Part shown: in pieces, positions 51,871 to 64,000 of the stretch
How the letters are laid out: every line of letters starts with the position of its first letter
Position numbering within the stretch: position 1 is the stretch's first letter
Assembly: GCA_010093815.1 (NCBI GenBank)
Contig: ML996565.1
Direction: 5' to 3' (one strand)
Length of the DNA: 64,000 nt
From: Pseudovirgaria hyperparasitica
Taxonomy: Eukaryota
Translations under genes and position numbers: made by a program
The notes under the pieces: model-generated
The model's database searches: none
The model's input: the letters and a program-made list of their open reading frames with translations, nothing else
What the model was told of the DNA's origin: nothing

Positions 51871-52892
51871 ATGCCTAAGGACAAGACACTCCGCCGTAAA
51901 CCTTCATTACAACCAGCTATCACGTTCGACAACACCAAAATAAAATCACCTCCTTCAAAGCAATTGCAGCAATTATGCGTGTTGTCAACAGACGAAATCG
52001 TGCCCACACGATCACTAAGGCAAAAAAGACAGACCAAGTCTCAGAAGACACCTGCGAAGTCGCCTCAGAGGCCACCGCATAAGTCACCACGAAAGCCAAC
52101 GCCCTGTTTTATCAGAGATCACAAGCAACCCGGCAGTGACTATGGCTCAGTCGATATTCCAGCAATGTCCAGTAGTTTCAATACAACTAGCTTTAATTCC
52201 AGTGGCTACGAGGCAAATACAAGCTGGAGTACAAGAGAAAGTCTCAGCTACGGGTCAAGACCATCGTTCAGTTCCTCCTTACTACATACCTCCTCACCCA
52301 GTCCTGATCCATTTCGAGTTGTGATACAGCCGTGCGAAACTTTAATGGATACGAGGATCCGGGAAGCAAAAATAAGAATAATCGGCAAGTACACGTTGGC
52401 CCGCGAGCCGAAGGTTCTATACTGACTTACCAGGAAGAGACCGTCCCAGTCCTCGACCCATCTTTCGTCAAGGGAAAGGAACACGCATACGGAGCCTATA
52501 TATACCCACCCATGCCGCTCTCTGAAGCAGAATACCGTGGCGCTTCATATAACATCGGCGTATCTTGTGCGAATGGGGTATACGGCACTCATGCAATCAT
52601 CAGCATCAACTGGGTACACCCACCATTTGACATCACCACCGTGGCGAGTGGTGTCGAGCCAATGCTGCCGTTGGAACGCCAAAAGAGCCGTTATCTCCGC
52701 CTTCTCGAAGAAATGGCATTCGTACTTGAACAGGCCATTAATTTGCGAGGTGAGATGGATGATGAAGACAAGAAGAACTTGACGCAGGGAGAAGAGATCG
52801 TGGCAATGAGGATGACGTCTAGTGATGGGGATACTACCGGGATGACCAAGTATCCAATTCTGGGTGGCTCATACGTGGTGACAACATTATGA
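51871..52892 (+). CDS. Hypothetical protein, probably two exons
   Basis: Two overlapping ORFs (184 aa and 186 aa) with CTGAC..CAG acceptor at 52433; a donor of matching phase could not be fixed. Confidence 0.4.
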
Positions 52893-53235
52893 TGGGCTGA
52901 GCTCGAGAAGGCTGTTTGGAAGATGGGCATATACTTGTATTGCTAGAATGGAGAAGCTGGACCAAATAGACATCGACCGCTATACGTGACACGCCCGGAG
53001 AGATCGTAGAATCAGGTGAGGTATCTAGACATGTCCAATCATATGAATGGTAAACATAGCTTATACCTAGATATAGTCATAAGCCAGATAGACCTAACCA
53101 ATATCCGACAAGTGCACCCGTGTCCATTTCGGCGGTCTCGAGTAGTAGCCGTGATGTCGTAGGTCTATAATCCTCCATTACAGTCGACCGTACTGCGACC
53201 TGGACCGATGCACCAGCCCCGATTTTGGCCCATTC

Positions 53236-54279
53236 TTACATGGTCAAGACAACTTTTCCCCTCTCCTTCAACCTCCCATTTGCCGTCTCATATGCCTCCC
53301 TTACGCCTTCCAACGGTATCGTCTCCGCAACCCACACCTTCAGCAAGCCCTTGTCAAGTGCCTCCGAAATCCACTCCAAATCACGCACTGAAGGCTCAAC
53401 AATGAAGAATTCCGCGTGCACACCTTCTTTACCCTTGCTCAGCCCTGCCTCATGATGTGTTGCGGGAAAAGCATAGCTAGCAGAATCGACTGTAATGACG
53501 CTCCCGGTGGGAGATATCAAAGACCAGCACCCCTCCAGCACGCCCCCTCCAACCGTATCAACAACCGCATCGAACACCCGCCCACTCGCACGTAAAGCCG
53601 CATACTCAACAACATCATCCGCCCCGAGCGAGCGCACAAACGTCTCGTTCCGTGCATTCGAGCTCGTCGCCCCTGTCACGCTGTACCCGGCGAGCACCGC
53701 CAGCTGCACCACAATCGCCCCAACGCCCCCCGCTGCACCTGTCACCAGCACCCTCTGCCCTCCGTTTTTCTCTCGCGCAGCACCCGGATCATACGGCGAC
53801 AATACAGGCGTGTCCAGTCGTACTTTGTCGAACAGCGCCTGCCACGCCGTCAACGAGCTCAGCGGCGCCGCAGCGGCTTTTGCCCAGCTCAGGCTTGCCG
53901 GTTTCTGTGCACACTCGTCTTCGCGCACGACGACGTACTCGGCCCATGTGGCGCCGCGGTCCGCGTGGGTCATGCCGAAGACTTCGGTGCCAACGGCGAA
54001 GGGCGAGGATGAGTTGGGAGGGAGGGCGGCGACAGTGCCAGCGAAGTCGTTACCGGGGATTTGCGAGGGGTGGACATAGAGCTCGGGCCAAGTCAAGGTG
54101 TCGCGAATGATTGTGCTCGCGTGGTTACGGATGAGGAGAGTACCGGGAGAAGGGGCTGGGACGGTCCTTGTGGTAATGGTGAGAGCGGAGGACGGAGCAG
54201 GGTTAGAAGGGCTGTATGGCGGTGCGCTGGGAGGAGCAGGGGTGACTTGGACTGCTCGCATTGTAGGTGATTGAGACAT
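53236..54279 (-). CDS. MDR-superfamily NADPH oxidoreductase (quinone/enoyl reductase-like)
   Basis: 347-aa ORF with IPGNDFAGTV, LTAWQAL, VLVTGAAGGVG, DAVVDTVGG, RGKVVL. Confidence 0.9.
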   Translation of the reverse strand: MSQSPTMRAVQVTPAPPSAPPYSPSNPAPSSALTITTRTVPAPSPGTLLIRNHASTIIRDTLTWPELYVHPSQIPGNDFAGTVAALPPNSSSPFAVGTEVFGMTHADRGATWAEYVVVREDECAQKPASLSWAKAAAAPLSSLTAWQALFDKVRLDTPVLSPYDPGAAREKNGGQRVLVTGAAGGVGAIVVQLAVLAGYSVTGATSSNARNETFVRSLGADDVVEYAALRASGRVFDAVVDTVGGGVLEGCWSLISPTGSVITVDSASYAFPATHHEAGLSKGKEGVHAEFFIVEPSVRDLEWISEALDKGLLKVWVAETIPLEGVREAYETANGRLKERGKVVLTM

Positions 54280-55964
54280 GGGATTGGAAGCTTCAATGGG
54301 TGATAGAATGAAGCGTATCGTTATCGGATCTCGCAGGTGGATATTGGCGATGATCGAGGTTGGTATATAGAGTCTAAGTGCTGTGAGTACGAACGACTTG
54401 AGCTAAAAGTCTGGCTCTTTCGTACTTCAAGATAATATAACCAGCAAGGCATCTGGCATGAGAGAAAGTGTTCTGCACAAGCCGAGCTTCGGCCTCACAG
54501 TGTCAAGTAATCAAGACGTAGAACTTCACCTAAAGTAAGTCGTATGATCAGTCGACTCTTGACTTGTCGGTTGTTATGCATAGATATAGTCAAGCTCAAT
54601 CAATGACTCAGCACCTCATATGTATTCGAGAGAGGGTGATCGTACCTGTGATAGGTGAGAAGTCCTAAAATGGATGCGAGGTTCGGAACTTTCGGCTCGG
54701 AATCTCGCGTGTTCGGTGAGGCGAGATCCGAGCCACTTCCACAAGCTGCATCAACAGGTACTTAGAGGTGATTTAATCACGAAGTCAGGCCCGAACCTGG
54801 ATGCGGGCGCTGGCAGATAAACAGATGTTGTATCTCATTTATCACTCATCTCAAAATGACCGCCGTACACAATCTCCAAGCTCATCAACCTCGACAGGCT
54901 GTATGACTTCGCGTTATCTCCCAGCAACCAAGAGGAGGGATATCATCTACATTATCGGAGATCGAACTCTGCTCCCTCTTCCTAGAATGTGAAACTATCT
55001 AATATGCCCTTACAACTTTAACACCCTCACAGGCAGTCATGTACTGAACTTAGCTAGTGATGTTACTCCTTGAAGCCACAGTCAAACAGTCTCACAATAC
55101 TGGTACGTACCACATAAGCATGGCAATGGACTCTTGATGTATGACAACGTCGAGAAGATGTCCAGCTAAGACGACCCTGACAAGCCTGTTGATTTGCAGC
55201 GAGCTGAGTTTGAGGTAGCCGGATGCTTCCTACTATCAGGCATCGAAGCATCACCAGCAGCACGTGCACGTTTAATATAGAAAATCCATCCTTTGTAGTG
55301 GTTGTCAAAGTGAGTTTGAGAAAGAATGATACATGCTGAGGAGGAGAATCGGAAGCCAGACCTATGGAGGTCAAGAGGAGATACGCAGTGATGTGCTTGG
55401 AAGTGCATCACAACGATATGCAGAGTAATCAACGGCTAGTTTCTAGTAGGCCTACTATTCTACGAAGACTTATCCCTCACGTCGGTCAATACTACCACTA
55501 GTTCTGCCATTGGTGAAGTGGCATCTAAAGGAAGTGGAAACATACTGCAGCACTCTTAATACTCAAAATTGTTCTCCCGACTCTCTGGAAGGCTAATACA
55601 AGTGGCACTCATCCTACCATCGAATGAAAGTAAAGATAGGTCCAATTGCCCCTCTGATGACAGACACATGCAGCAGCCTAAGCTATTACTCGGCCGATAT
55701 CAACCAGAGAAGCCTGCGGAAGCTTCCAGTGTTTCTGTTGCCTGCCCAAAGACTACCCCTTGAAGTTCTTTTATATGCCCCTAGTCGTCTCTCTCTCGTA
55801 CTACCTCTGATTCTCTTCTTTTCTTCTTTTAATTAAAACGTACAAGTTTCCCGTTCGGGGACTCTGTATCGTATCTTAAGTCCAAATCATTCAAAAGAAA
55901 CAGAAGGGCAAGAAATGCTATAGAGCATTAGTACTTGTACCATAACCCTTTGAAATCTTCGATA

Positions 55965-56889
55965 CTAACTATAGTTTATAGTACCCTGGAATTTCTCTTC
56001 ACTAGACGCCTGTATAGCGCTCGCCCAGTTATCGATATCTCCTTCGTAGTCATCTATTATCCTATTAGTACGCGTAGGACTATCATGAACACGCCCAGGA
56101 GAAGGAAGGGGAAAACTCATGGACCTACGCTCGAAAAAGTCTGAGTCTAGAAAGATTGAAAGTAGAAAGGGACTAAGATAGGTGTTATGAATATTATTCA
56201 GGTCTGATTCCTCGATATTCTCATCATAATTAGGGTCGTGGATGAGTCTAAAGGAATCCTCAGGCCATCTATTTCCGCACCATGAAACTACGATCTGATC
56301 TCCATTGCTGGGTGGCGCGGGGTAATACCCCATATAGACATCGTCGTGGAGGCGATCGGGATAGTCAAGGCACGATAGCCTACCGGCAAATTTCGTTCCT
56401 AGCACTCTATGGATCCTCCCATTCTTGTGTTTCGGGCCTGCGGGGGGGGCCTCGTAACGCAGAGGCATCGGTCCGCCGCCAGCGGTAATCATCACAGAAG
56501 ATAATGAAATTTGCGTCTCTCGGTCGGTTAATCTCTGTTAAGGTTGCGACCTCTCCCATTGTTCGCGTGACTTTTCTTAGACCTTCAGTAAAACGCCGGA
56601 AGTTTTGTCCTTTCTCTCCGAAGAGGTGTACATAGCCTATCCTAAGGTGTTCCGGGAGTTCGTGGTAGTTTTGTAGGCCCTCATAGGCCAGCCTAGCCAT
56701 ATGTAGAGCTTCCTCTAAATGAGGGCGTATCGTATAGTGACTGCATGTTGAGTGCACGACATAAGTAAGTTCTCGCGGCCTACTTTGCGGCGGTCCCCTC
56801 TCCCTTACTGCCAAAGGAGTATTAAAGAATACTACGAGAATAAGGAGGGAGTGTGTAAGAGAGAGCGTCGTGCTTAAGGAAAAGTACAT
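55965..56889 (-). pseudogene. Putative secreted protein gene with a frameshift or premature stop
   Basis: Hydrophobic N-terminus; 160-aa ORF stops at 56407 while an overlapping frame continues to 55965; TpA-rich; abuts an AT-rich tract. Confidence 0.4.
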
Positions 56890-57350
56890 TTTTAGGATTC
56901 TTGCTACCAGCTTAACACTAGCTTAAAAGGTTAGTGAATAAGAGAAATATAAAGATAAGATAGAAGAAGAAGATAGTAAAAAAGGAAGAAGAAATAGTTA
57001 ATTATAAGACGAGTTCTAACAAGAAGAATAACTTAGCATATTACTATAAAATTCGAAATCGCGCAAAAATCGCGCAAGACTAGGCTGTATGATCTATATA
57101 TAGATATATATATCTATGACATCTAATATTAATATATTAACGCGTCCCTTACTTTTCTATATATATATATTAATTTTATTATCGCTTTAAAACTCTATAG
57201 AGTATAGTAGCTATATAGATGATAATATAGTTTCTTATTAAATAAAGGTAATACTTTAACTATCTCTTATATACATTCATCTATATACCGTAGCATTAAT
57301 TAGTTATACCTATATTTTAAGCTGCATACGGAGTTACTACAAAGTGTTTA
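56890..57350. repeat. AT-rich, RIP-like relic
   Basis: Abrupt AT/TpA enrichment with retained CpG, (TA)n palindromes at 57091-57117, AAATCGCGCAA duplicated at ~57056-57077. Confidence 0.5.
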
Positions 57351-59914
57351 GAGCGTGCCACGTGAAAGGATTTAACTAGATCATATCGCGCATAAGCCAT
57401 AATGTCGCAGTGTGTAAGGCAGCAGTCAGATGATTTAATCTGCAGATGACAAACCCAAGTAAGCGGCTTAGTCTAAAGGGAGTCCCGTGAATTCGAGATA
57501 GAGTCGTGTGAAGTTTGGATTGTTATCAAGTCTTACGCACAGGATTCATCTAGTGTGTCTGTCCAAGAGCGAAATGAGAGAGTCCTGCGAGACCTCAGTG
57601 CGCTCTGTGAGCCGCCCAGCGCAAACCTCAGCTCCGCCAGGGTCCGTAGGAATCCATAAGCAAATGTGCAGAATATGGTGCACAACGTTGTACTGTGAAT
57701 ATATCTTAGAAGCGTGACTTATGCTATGTAAGCAGGACCTCAGTTCGACGACCAGCTCTTGCGGCGACGGAATCTTGCAATGCCACTCACTACTGATCGC
57801 TCAACGCTGACGCAGTGGTCTAGACATTCGGCAGTATGGACAATGACCGAATTCGATAGAAGTATGTCGTATAAATCTCGGCTTCCAAAGATGGACTTGT
57901 GGTAGCAACGTCTGACGCGAGGAGACTTGCACAGCCGCAACGGGCTGAAGATAGTGTGAGACCTGTGGCTTTTGTGGCTCGAGCGAGGCTGGTGAAGCAA
58001 GGATTTCCGCATAGTAATTAGTTCTTGTAAGATCGTAGTGTGAATCCTTCTCAATGCTTGATGCCTCGCAGATGATGGAAATTTGATTCTCGTTTCTTGT
58101 AACACCGGCTTGACAGAGACGGGAGACCAGCATGGAGTTAGGGCCGTCATCTCATCAGATGGAGTGCGCCTCTTACTGTTGTTGGGCGGCAAGTGTGCAC
58201 AACGTAGCCGCAACGTCGGTGACGATTATCATGTTTATGAGAGAGTCGCATCTGCTTGCCCAGTTTGAAGTATTCGAGAGTGTGATGCCTAAACGCGTGC
58301 GTGTGCGGCACAGGAGGTCTCAGAACACTGCTTCATGGGCGTCGGGTGATGGAGAAAACGGCATAGCTTAGTAGGTTTGACTCATGAAGCCATGGAGAAG
58401 TATTGCAACGCAAGGCTGGACGATGATGTCGGGTGTGCCATCATCGGATGGATTCGGGATAAAAGGCACAATGTGGGGGGAGAACGAGAAGTCCTTGGCC
58501 TGTACACATTCGCTTTGTTGACGAATGATGGCAAGACTTCTTAGCCGCTTACAACAAGAGGGGAAATTGTAAGACATTCTTTATCATTTGCTGGAGTCCA
58601 CCCAGATCTAATTGTGAGTGTGAGCCACAGTGTGGCTTCGCTCTCGGGCGCTTACAGGGGGAACCTCCCTGCCCACTCCGTTCTCTTCTTCCTCACCAAA
58701 ACACGACACAAGACGTCAGCGCCCTCTCCTTTCAGACATGTTATGACCTTGCCAGTGTCAGTGTCAGTATCGATGCCCAATGGGCGCATCACGGCCCCCT
58801 TCATCTTGCACTTGCATGCAAAGGCAACCGATTTGTCGAAGGCCTCTCGGCCATCTCAGCCGATTCACGGCGGCGTATCCTTGCTTTCTAGAACCGCAGC
58901 GTCTCGTCCACCAGACCTCGTTCACATAGCACATAGCCCTCTACACCTAGTCGTGTGCTTGTCTTACTGAACATAGGCCAGTGTTCGCTTGCTCCTCGAG
59001 CAACCATGCGCGGTGCGGCTGTGTGGCTGTGGCTGCTTCCAGGCTGTGCATATCATCCTTACTGACAGCGCCAAGAGACTCTGCAAAGCAACCAACATGC
59101 CACAAGCATTTGAGTGTGGACATAGCTGATGCTTACAATCCTCGAACATGGAACAATTTCTAGCAGCATCAGTCTCGTGCTTCGGCTGCTATGACCGAGT
59201 GAACAGGTATGCAGGTAAAAGCAACGCAGCCATAGTAGAACGATTCCGAAAACAGTCCCTATGACCACCATCTCAGAGGCCGTTCACTTAACTGGCGATC
59301 CTTGCGCCTTGAAACTTGGCCAGGAATGCGGTCTGTTTAGGCTGCAAGGTTTCCGTCTCTTATATATCAGATCGACGCGCGGGGCTTTCATCTCATTTAG
59401 AATAAGGCTATGATATTTCCTGCATAACATACTTGCAGAATACTCTTTACTGCGAACCCACGGCGCTACCTGCATCTTCAATCCTCCTTGCGTAAGGTTT
59501 CTTTCAGTTTTCAAGTTTAGGCTTTGTCTTCACAACTCGTTCTTCTTCATATATCGACTTGGTGAACCTAATTCCTCGGGACTGGCGGTGCAGACTTGTC
59601 TCACACTCATCGTCATCTGGTCCCAAAGGTATATCACCAGCCCGTAACCACCAAGGGACCACCGCTCGAACGGCTGAGAGCACTTTTCTGCCCAGCCTAC
59701 TGCCACGCGAAGAATTGTTCCACCCCTGATATCGGCAGAACCCAAGTCCAACACTTTTCCAGTCGTATCAACACATACTCCTGACTGGACAACTTTCTTC
59801 CTCGAGGAGTTTCCCACGGCACCTCTAGGACAATCTATCTTTGACTGAGGCCTGGAAGGTCTGAGATTTAGTATACACATATATACCCGTGGAAAACTTT
59901 TCGAAGCATTCACA

Positions 59915-61348
59915 ATGTGCGTCATCGAGACCAGAGTCTACCATTATGCGAACGGTGTGGAGCAACGGGTGGAAGCACCTCGACTATGTAGTCTCAGCCG
60001 TGGTACTACTCCTTGCAGCAACCTTCGGCGCACGGAAAGGTCATTCAATGTCAGCGATCCTGGCTCGCCAAGCTTCAGTCTTGCATCGCCAACAACACTG
60101 AGCCATCCGCCAACTCCAGTCACTGCCAGAGTCAGAGAAGTGCGACCTGCAGGTGATTACAGTCGGAGCTCAAGCGAGACGGAGCGCATGAAGAGAAGTA
60201 GTAGAAGCTATTCTAGCACCGGGATCAGGCCAGAGATCGTGATTCGTATCGGCGGGTCGAAGAACAAGGAGCAGGAGAAAGCCCACAAACGCCGCTCGGG
60301 AGGCTCTGCAGTGATAAGCAGTGATTCGTCCGATGTGGTGATCGTCGACTCTCCGTCTCAAAGGAGCTCACCTCGACCTGCAGCTCTCCGAGTATCGTCT
60401 TACAGCTATGCCGAGCAGAGTACAGCTACAAACGCCCCACCACCTCCGCCTCCGCCTCCGAGAAATCACCCGCCTGCTGCTGCCGCCGCACCGGATGACT
60501 CGCCGCCCCCTGGCGGTAGACGACGACAAGACCGAGCAGTTGTCCACAATGATGCCGCGGGGCTTGCACCAGAAGTTCTCGACCGAGCAGAGGCGCGCGA
60601 GCGCTACCGCCGCGAGGAAAGACAACGGAGGCAGCTAGCTGAATCCGAGACTGAGCGAATAACCCGCGAAAACATCCGCAGGGAGGAACGTGAGCGAGCT
60701 GACCGCGACCATCGTCACAACGAAGAACGTCGCCGTCGCCGCGACAGCCAAGCACGATCAGATGAACGCACTCGTCGTCATGAACAACCTCAAGAACGTC
60801 CTCGAACAGGCGAACGTCGAAACCCTGACCGTCCTCGTCACTCTGAGCGCTCAGAGCGCTCAGAGCAACCTCTTGGCCGCCGACCATCGCAGAGCCGCCG
60901 CCCCAGCGCAGCACAATACGACAATCGTCCCGATCTACAAGAGACTCTAGGGCTTATGGCTCAGGAGCGCGAACAAGCCCGTCAGGCAGTCCGCCAGGAA
61001 CAAGCAATCAGCCAATATAGTCTACGATATGGTGCAAGTTTCGCGCCTCTTGCAGCACCGCCAGCCGAGCCATTGCCCCAGCCATACGCACTCCGCACAG
61101 TTGCTCCTCCACAACCACCACCACCGCCTGCAATGTACACACAGAATCCATTGCTTGCACATGGCGAGCAAGTCCTCCAATCTGCTCGCGATGAGCGTGC
61201 ACGAAATGCAACACGGAATCTGCAAAGCGCTTTCGACGGCTCGTACGTTGACGAAGCTGCCGCCAATTCCGGCTTCGGCGGCAGTCTTGCGCGCAGCAAC
61301 ACGAATCGTCGCCGTCGCGATTCGTATTATGAAGGTCCGGGATCATAG
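59915..61348 (+). CDS. Hypothetical low-complexity protein (S/P-rich, R/E coiled coil)
   Basis: 477-aa intronless ORF, CACAATG start context, upstream TATA-like run. Confidence 0.75.
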   Translation: MCVIETRVYHYANGVEQRVEAPRLCSLSRGTTPCSNLRRTERSFNVSDPGSPSFSLASPTTLSHPPTPVTARVREVRPAGDYSRSSSETERMKRSSRSYSSTGIRPEIVIRIGGSKNKEQEKAHKRRSGGSAVISSDSSDVVIVDSPSQRSSPRPAALRVSSYSYAEQSTATNAPPPPPPPPRNHPPAAAAAPDDSPPPGGRRRQDRAVVHNDAAGLAPEVLDRAEARERYRREERQRRQLAESETERITRENIRREERERADRDHRHNEERRRRRDSQARSDERTRRHEQPQERPRTGERRNPDRPRHSERSERSEQPLGRRPSQSRRPSAAQYDNRPDLQETLGLMAQEREQARQAVRQEQAISQYSLRYGASFAPLAAPPAEPLPQPYALRTVAPPQPPPPPAMYTQNPLLAHGEQVLQSARDERARNATRNLQSAFDGSYVDEAAANSGFGGSLARSNTNRRRRDSYYEGPGS

Positions 61349-62311
61349 TCACATTACACGTACGGGGTTGTAGGCTCGAGCAGCTCGCTCTACCGAAGCA
61401 ACATTCGACATTTCCTCTTGCATTTGATTTTTTTCTTGCGCTGTATTTTTTTTTTGGGAAGCTTCAGATCTGTACATACATCACCATTGATTTTGCCCCT
61501 TTGCGATTTCCTGCCGGGATATCTGTTCTTGTGATTAGAGGAGGAGAAATTGGGATTTGTGCGCGGATGTCTTGGGCACATCTGCGCTGTGTATATATAG
61601 CTTGTCCACTTTTGTATATATTGGTGCGCCGTTCGCTGGTAGTCCCTCTGCGATGCGAAGAATATACGGATCGTAAGATCGTTTGTATTTTGAACTTTTG
61701 TGTGCGAAGACGTGAATTCGTTATTTAGGACCTACATTACGACTGGAATGCGAACAGTATGAAGGTCATAGATGAAGATAGCTTTACGGGCAGTTGGTTC
61801 CCTAATCCATAGTCACTGAGACGAATTAAGACCTCACGGGATACATTCGTGCTACATTGGTAAGCTGGGGCATCTGGTAGTGCCCGTCAATTCCGAAACC
61901 AGATGTCAAGCAAGCTTTCTTGGGCGTGTGGAAATGGTTGTTTGTATCTTGCAGGGCTCAATGCTATGATGTCCTTAGGTCCTCATGAGCCGAGCCTAGT
62001 TGAGCAAGATAAGAGGCGAATTCCTCGGAATCTGTGTTTGCGTGATCTTTTGCGCGACGTGGGGGAGCTGTCGAGCAACGATGGTACTAATACTCTTGTC
62101 CACGACGAACCGCAATAGTTTGGTCTCCAATAATGTCGTGTTCGCAGCGTGACGACCGGCGATTGAGGTTGATCCAGGCTTGACTTGCGCGTCAAAGTAA
62201 CAACTAAACTAGGCTCGTTGCATATTTCCTCGGTCAGAATATCCTCTGCATCGCCCCCGAGGGACGACTCACTTGGAATTCTGCCACGCATATGGTACAA
62301 TCCAATCGAGC

Positions 62312-62378
62312 CTCTCTCTCTCTCTCTCCTCATCGTCGTCGTCGTCGTCGTCGTTCCACAACACAACACAACACAAAC
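62312..62378. repeat. Compound microsatellite (CT)n-(GTC)n-(CAACA)n
   Basis: Directly visible adjacent simple repeats. Confidence 0.8.
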
Positions 62379-64000
62379 ATAAGCAAGACGAACCCATCCC
62401 CAAAGCGGGGTCCTGCCTCAAAAATCACCCACCCACTCACCCCGTATTCTCCCCGACCTCTCCAGTCCCCCCCAATCCCCCATCGCCCACAGGCATGCAT
62501 CCCCAATCCACCCAGCACCCACGATCCTCCGTCCAGGGCGCTGCCCGCGCGCTATTAATCCGCCAGTCAGAGCCGCACGCCGACATCCAGGTCGATGGAT
62601 GCGATCGGCTTGGCGGCGTCTCGGGGAAGGGGGAAGGAGGGGGGCATGCGGTTATCTGATACGCGGGAGGGGACAGGTTGGTAGGATGGGAGAGGGACAC
62701 TGAATTCAGGGACGTTTTTGATCTATGCTGGCTGCAAGGTACGGGATTCATTGGGCGTGTGCTGTATGTGTGTGTGTGCGTGTGCGTTTGTCTATGTATG
62801 TATGAGTGGGGGTTGGGGGATGGGTCATGTTGGCCGGGGGGGGAGCGGACGGTGTGGGCAAAGCAAGAGGTTATGTGCAGCGATCGGACCGACCGTTTGA
62901 CGCAGTGAATTGAAAGCTACAGGATGATTCGTATGAAGGTGTTCCAATGTCGGGAGTAGTAATATATTTTAGGATGGATTCTTGAGATCAACAGATTTCA
63001 CACCTGAGCTTTGGTACTATTATTGTACGGTGCATGGTTTGTTTGACATGATTGTATCGGGCTTAGCGCCTTCTAGGCGAGAAAGTTCACCCCCGTGATG
63101 CCAACCTGGACCCGGTATAAGAGAGATTTATAAGCTTTATGTCAAACGGCACTAAGGCCTAAACTAGCTAGCCTCACGCCAAGCCACACAATCGTAGACC
63201 TCCAGGTCTGGACGTCTGCAGCTCGTACGAAACAATCGACCGATATACATGAGAGGTTTTCGAACGGCTACAATCCTACGGGCGTTCTTTTCGCACACAA
63301 CAGCCAGAACCAGCGACGATAACGGCCGAGTGACATGCAAAGCAGTCTGATGGCACCGTCTCCATCATTAACCCCCCCAAAAAAAAGGTGGAGAAATCTT
63401 ATAATAAGCAAGAAAAAAATGAACTGATTCTCAGTGGGGCCTTCATTATCCATGTCTCGGGAAAGAGAAGAATAGGGCAAAGGGGCCTAGATGGGTAAAA
63501 GGCTTCTTTTCAAGGCTAGCCATAGAGTGGATGCTCTTAGAACTCTTAATTCGTAGCGCTAATTATTAAGAATGGATACACGTAGAAATCTTCTCTGGCC
63601 CCAGTCCCGCCCGATTACTCGGAGATCTCCCGGAGCAGGGCGTGGAATGGTACGCTTAGTGGAGTAGAATAATGGGGTATCGATGGCGTCTAAAGGCTAG
63701 CTCATTTTTAGTTGAGTTGCTATCGCTCAGTAGTCATTGAGAGATGATTGTTTTGATAGATTGTCGTCGTATATTTCGGTCGGAGTCGTCGTTAGTAGCG
63801 TTGCTGGTTCCCTGTGCTTTTACTTTAGTGCAATGCGGGAGAACGATCGTGGAAGGCACGTCGAAGCCTGCGACGTCGACAGGGCCAGAGCGCCCGACTA
63901 GGAGGGAGCATCCAAATTGACCTCCTCTTTCTTTTTCACCCGAATCGCGGTCCAGATAATACCTTTCGACCAGGGCAAACGTCAAGCATCGGGTCACTGA

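Noticed and set aside
52385..52433. Possible non-canonical GC-AG intron (GCAAGT...CAG)
   Set aside because: Splicing there enters a frame that stops within about 30 codons rather than the long downstream ORF; unresolved.
57740..59900. Multiple 60-160 aa ORFs on both strands
   Set aside because: No domain signal; consistent with a long intergenic or promoter region.
63734..63997. Possible 3' end of a minus-strand gene at the window edge
   Set aside because: No recognisable motif; cannot be supported from this window.

Overview
Filamentous ascomycete genomic DNA (short GT-AG introns with CTAAC branch sites). Gene-rich flanks (1-7.5 kb and 41.1-64 kb) surround a 33.5 kb AT/TpA-rich, RIP-mutated nest of LTR retroelements (7587-41121) that can be fully unpicked from LTR pairs and target-site duplications (TSDs). 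Element A (132-bp LTRs, TSD TCGA) landed in exon 1 of an FAD-linked oxidoreductase gene. Two copies of chromovirus B (238-bp LTRs, TSDs CTCGT and AGATA) landed in A in opposite orientations. A 576-bp TRIM-like miniature element C (TSD ACACG) landed in B1, and chromovirus D (202-bp LTRs, TSD AACA) landed in the right TSD of C. The most striking observation is that all three gag-pol-bearing families carry, between pol and the 3' LTR, a decayed antisense, intron-containing accessory gene with a Cys6-type zinc motif (DUF3716-like in A); most of those Cys codons are inferred by reversing RIP. Host genes include a long-chain acyl-CoA synthetase, an orphan Pyr4/PaxB-type terpene cyclase, eIF3g, an NmrA-like protein, a PTH11-like membrane protein, ArfGAP Glo3, an alcohol acetyltransferase-like protein and an MDR oxidoreductase. 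All family assignments are by eye from motifs; no searches were run. Coordinates of RIP-decayed ORFs are approximate.
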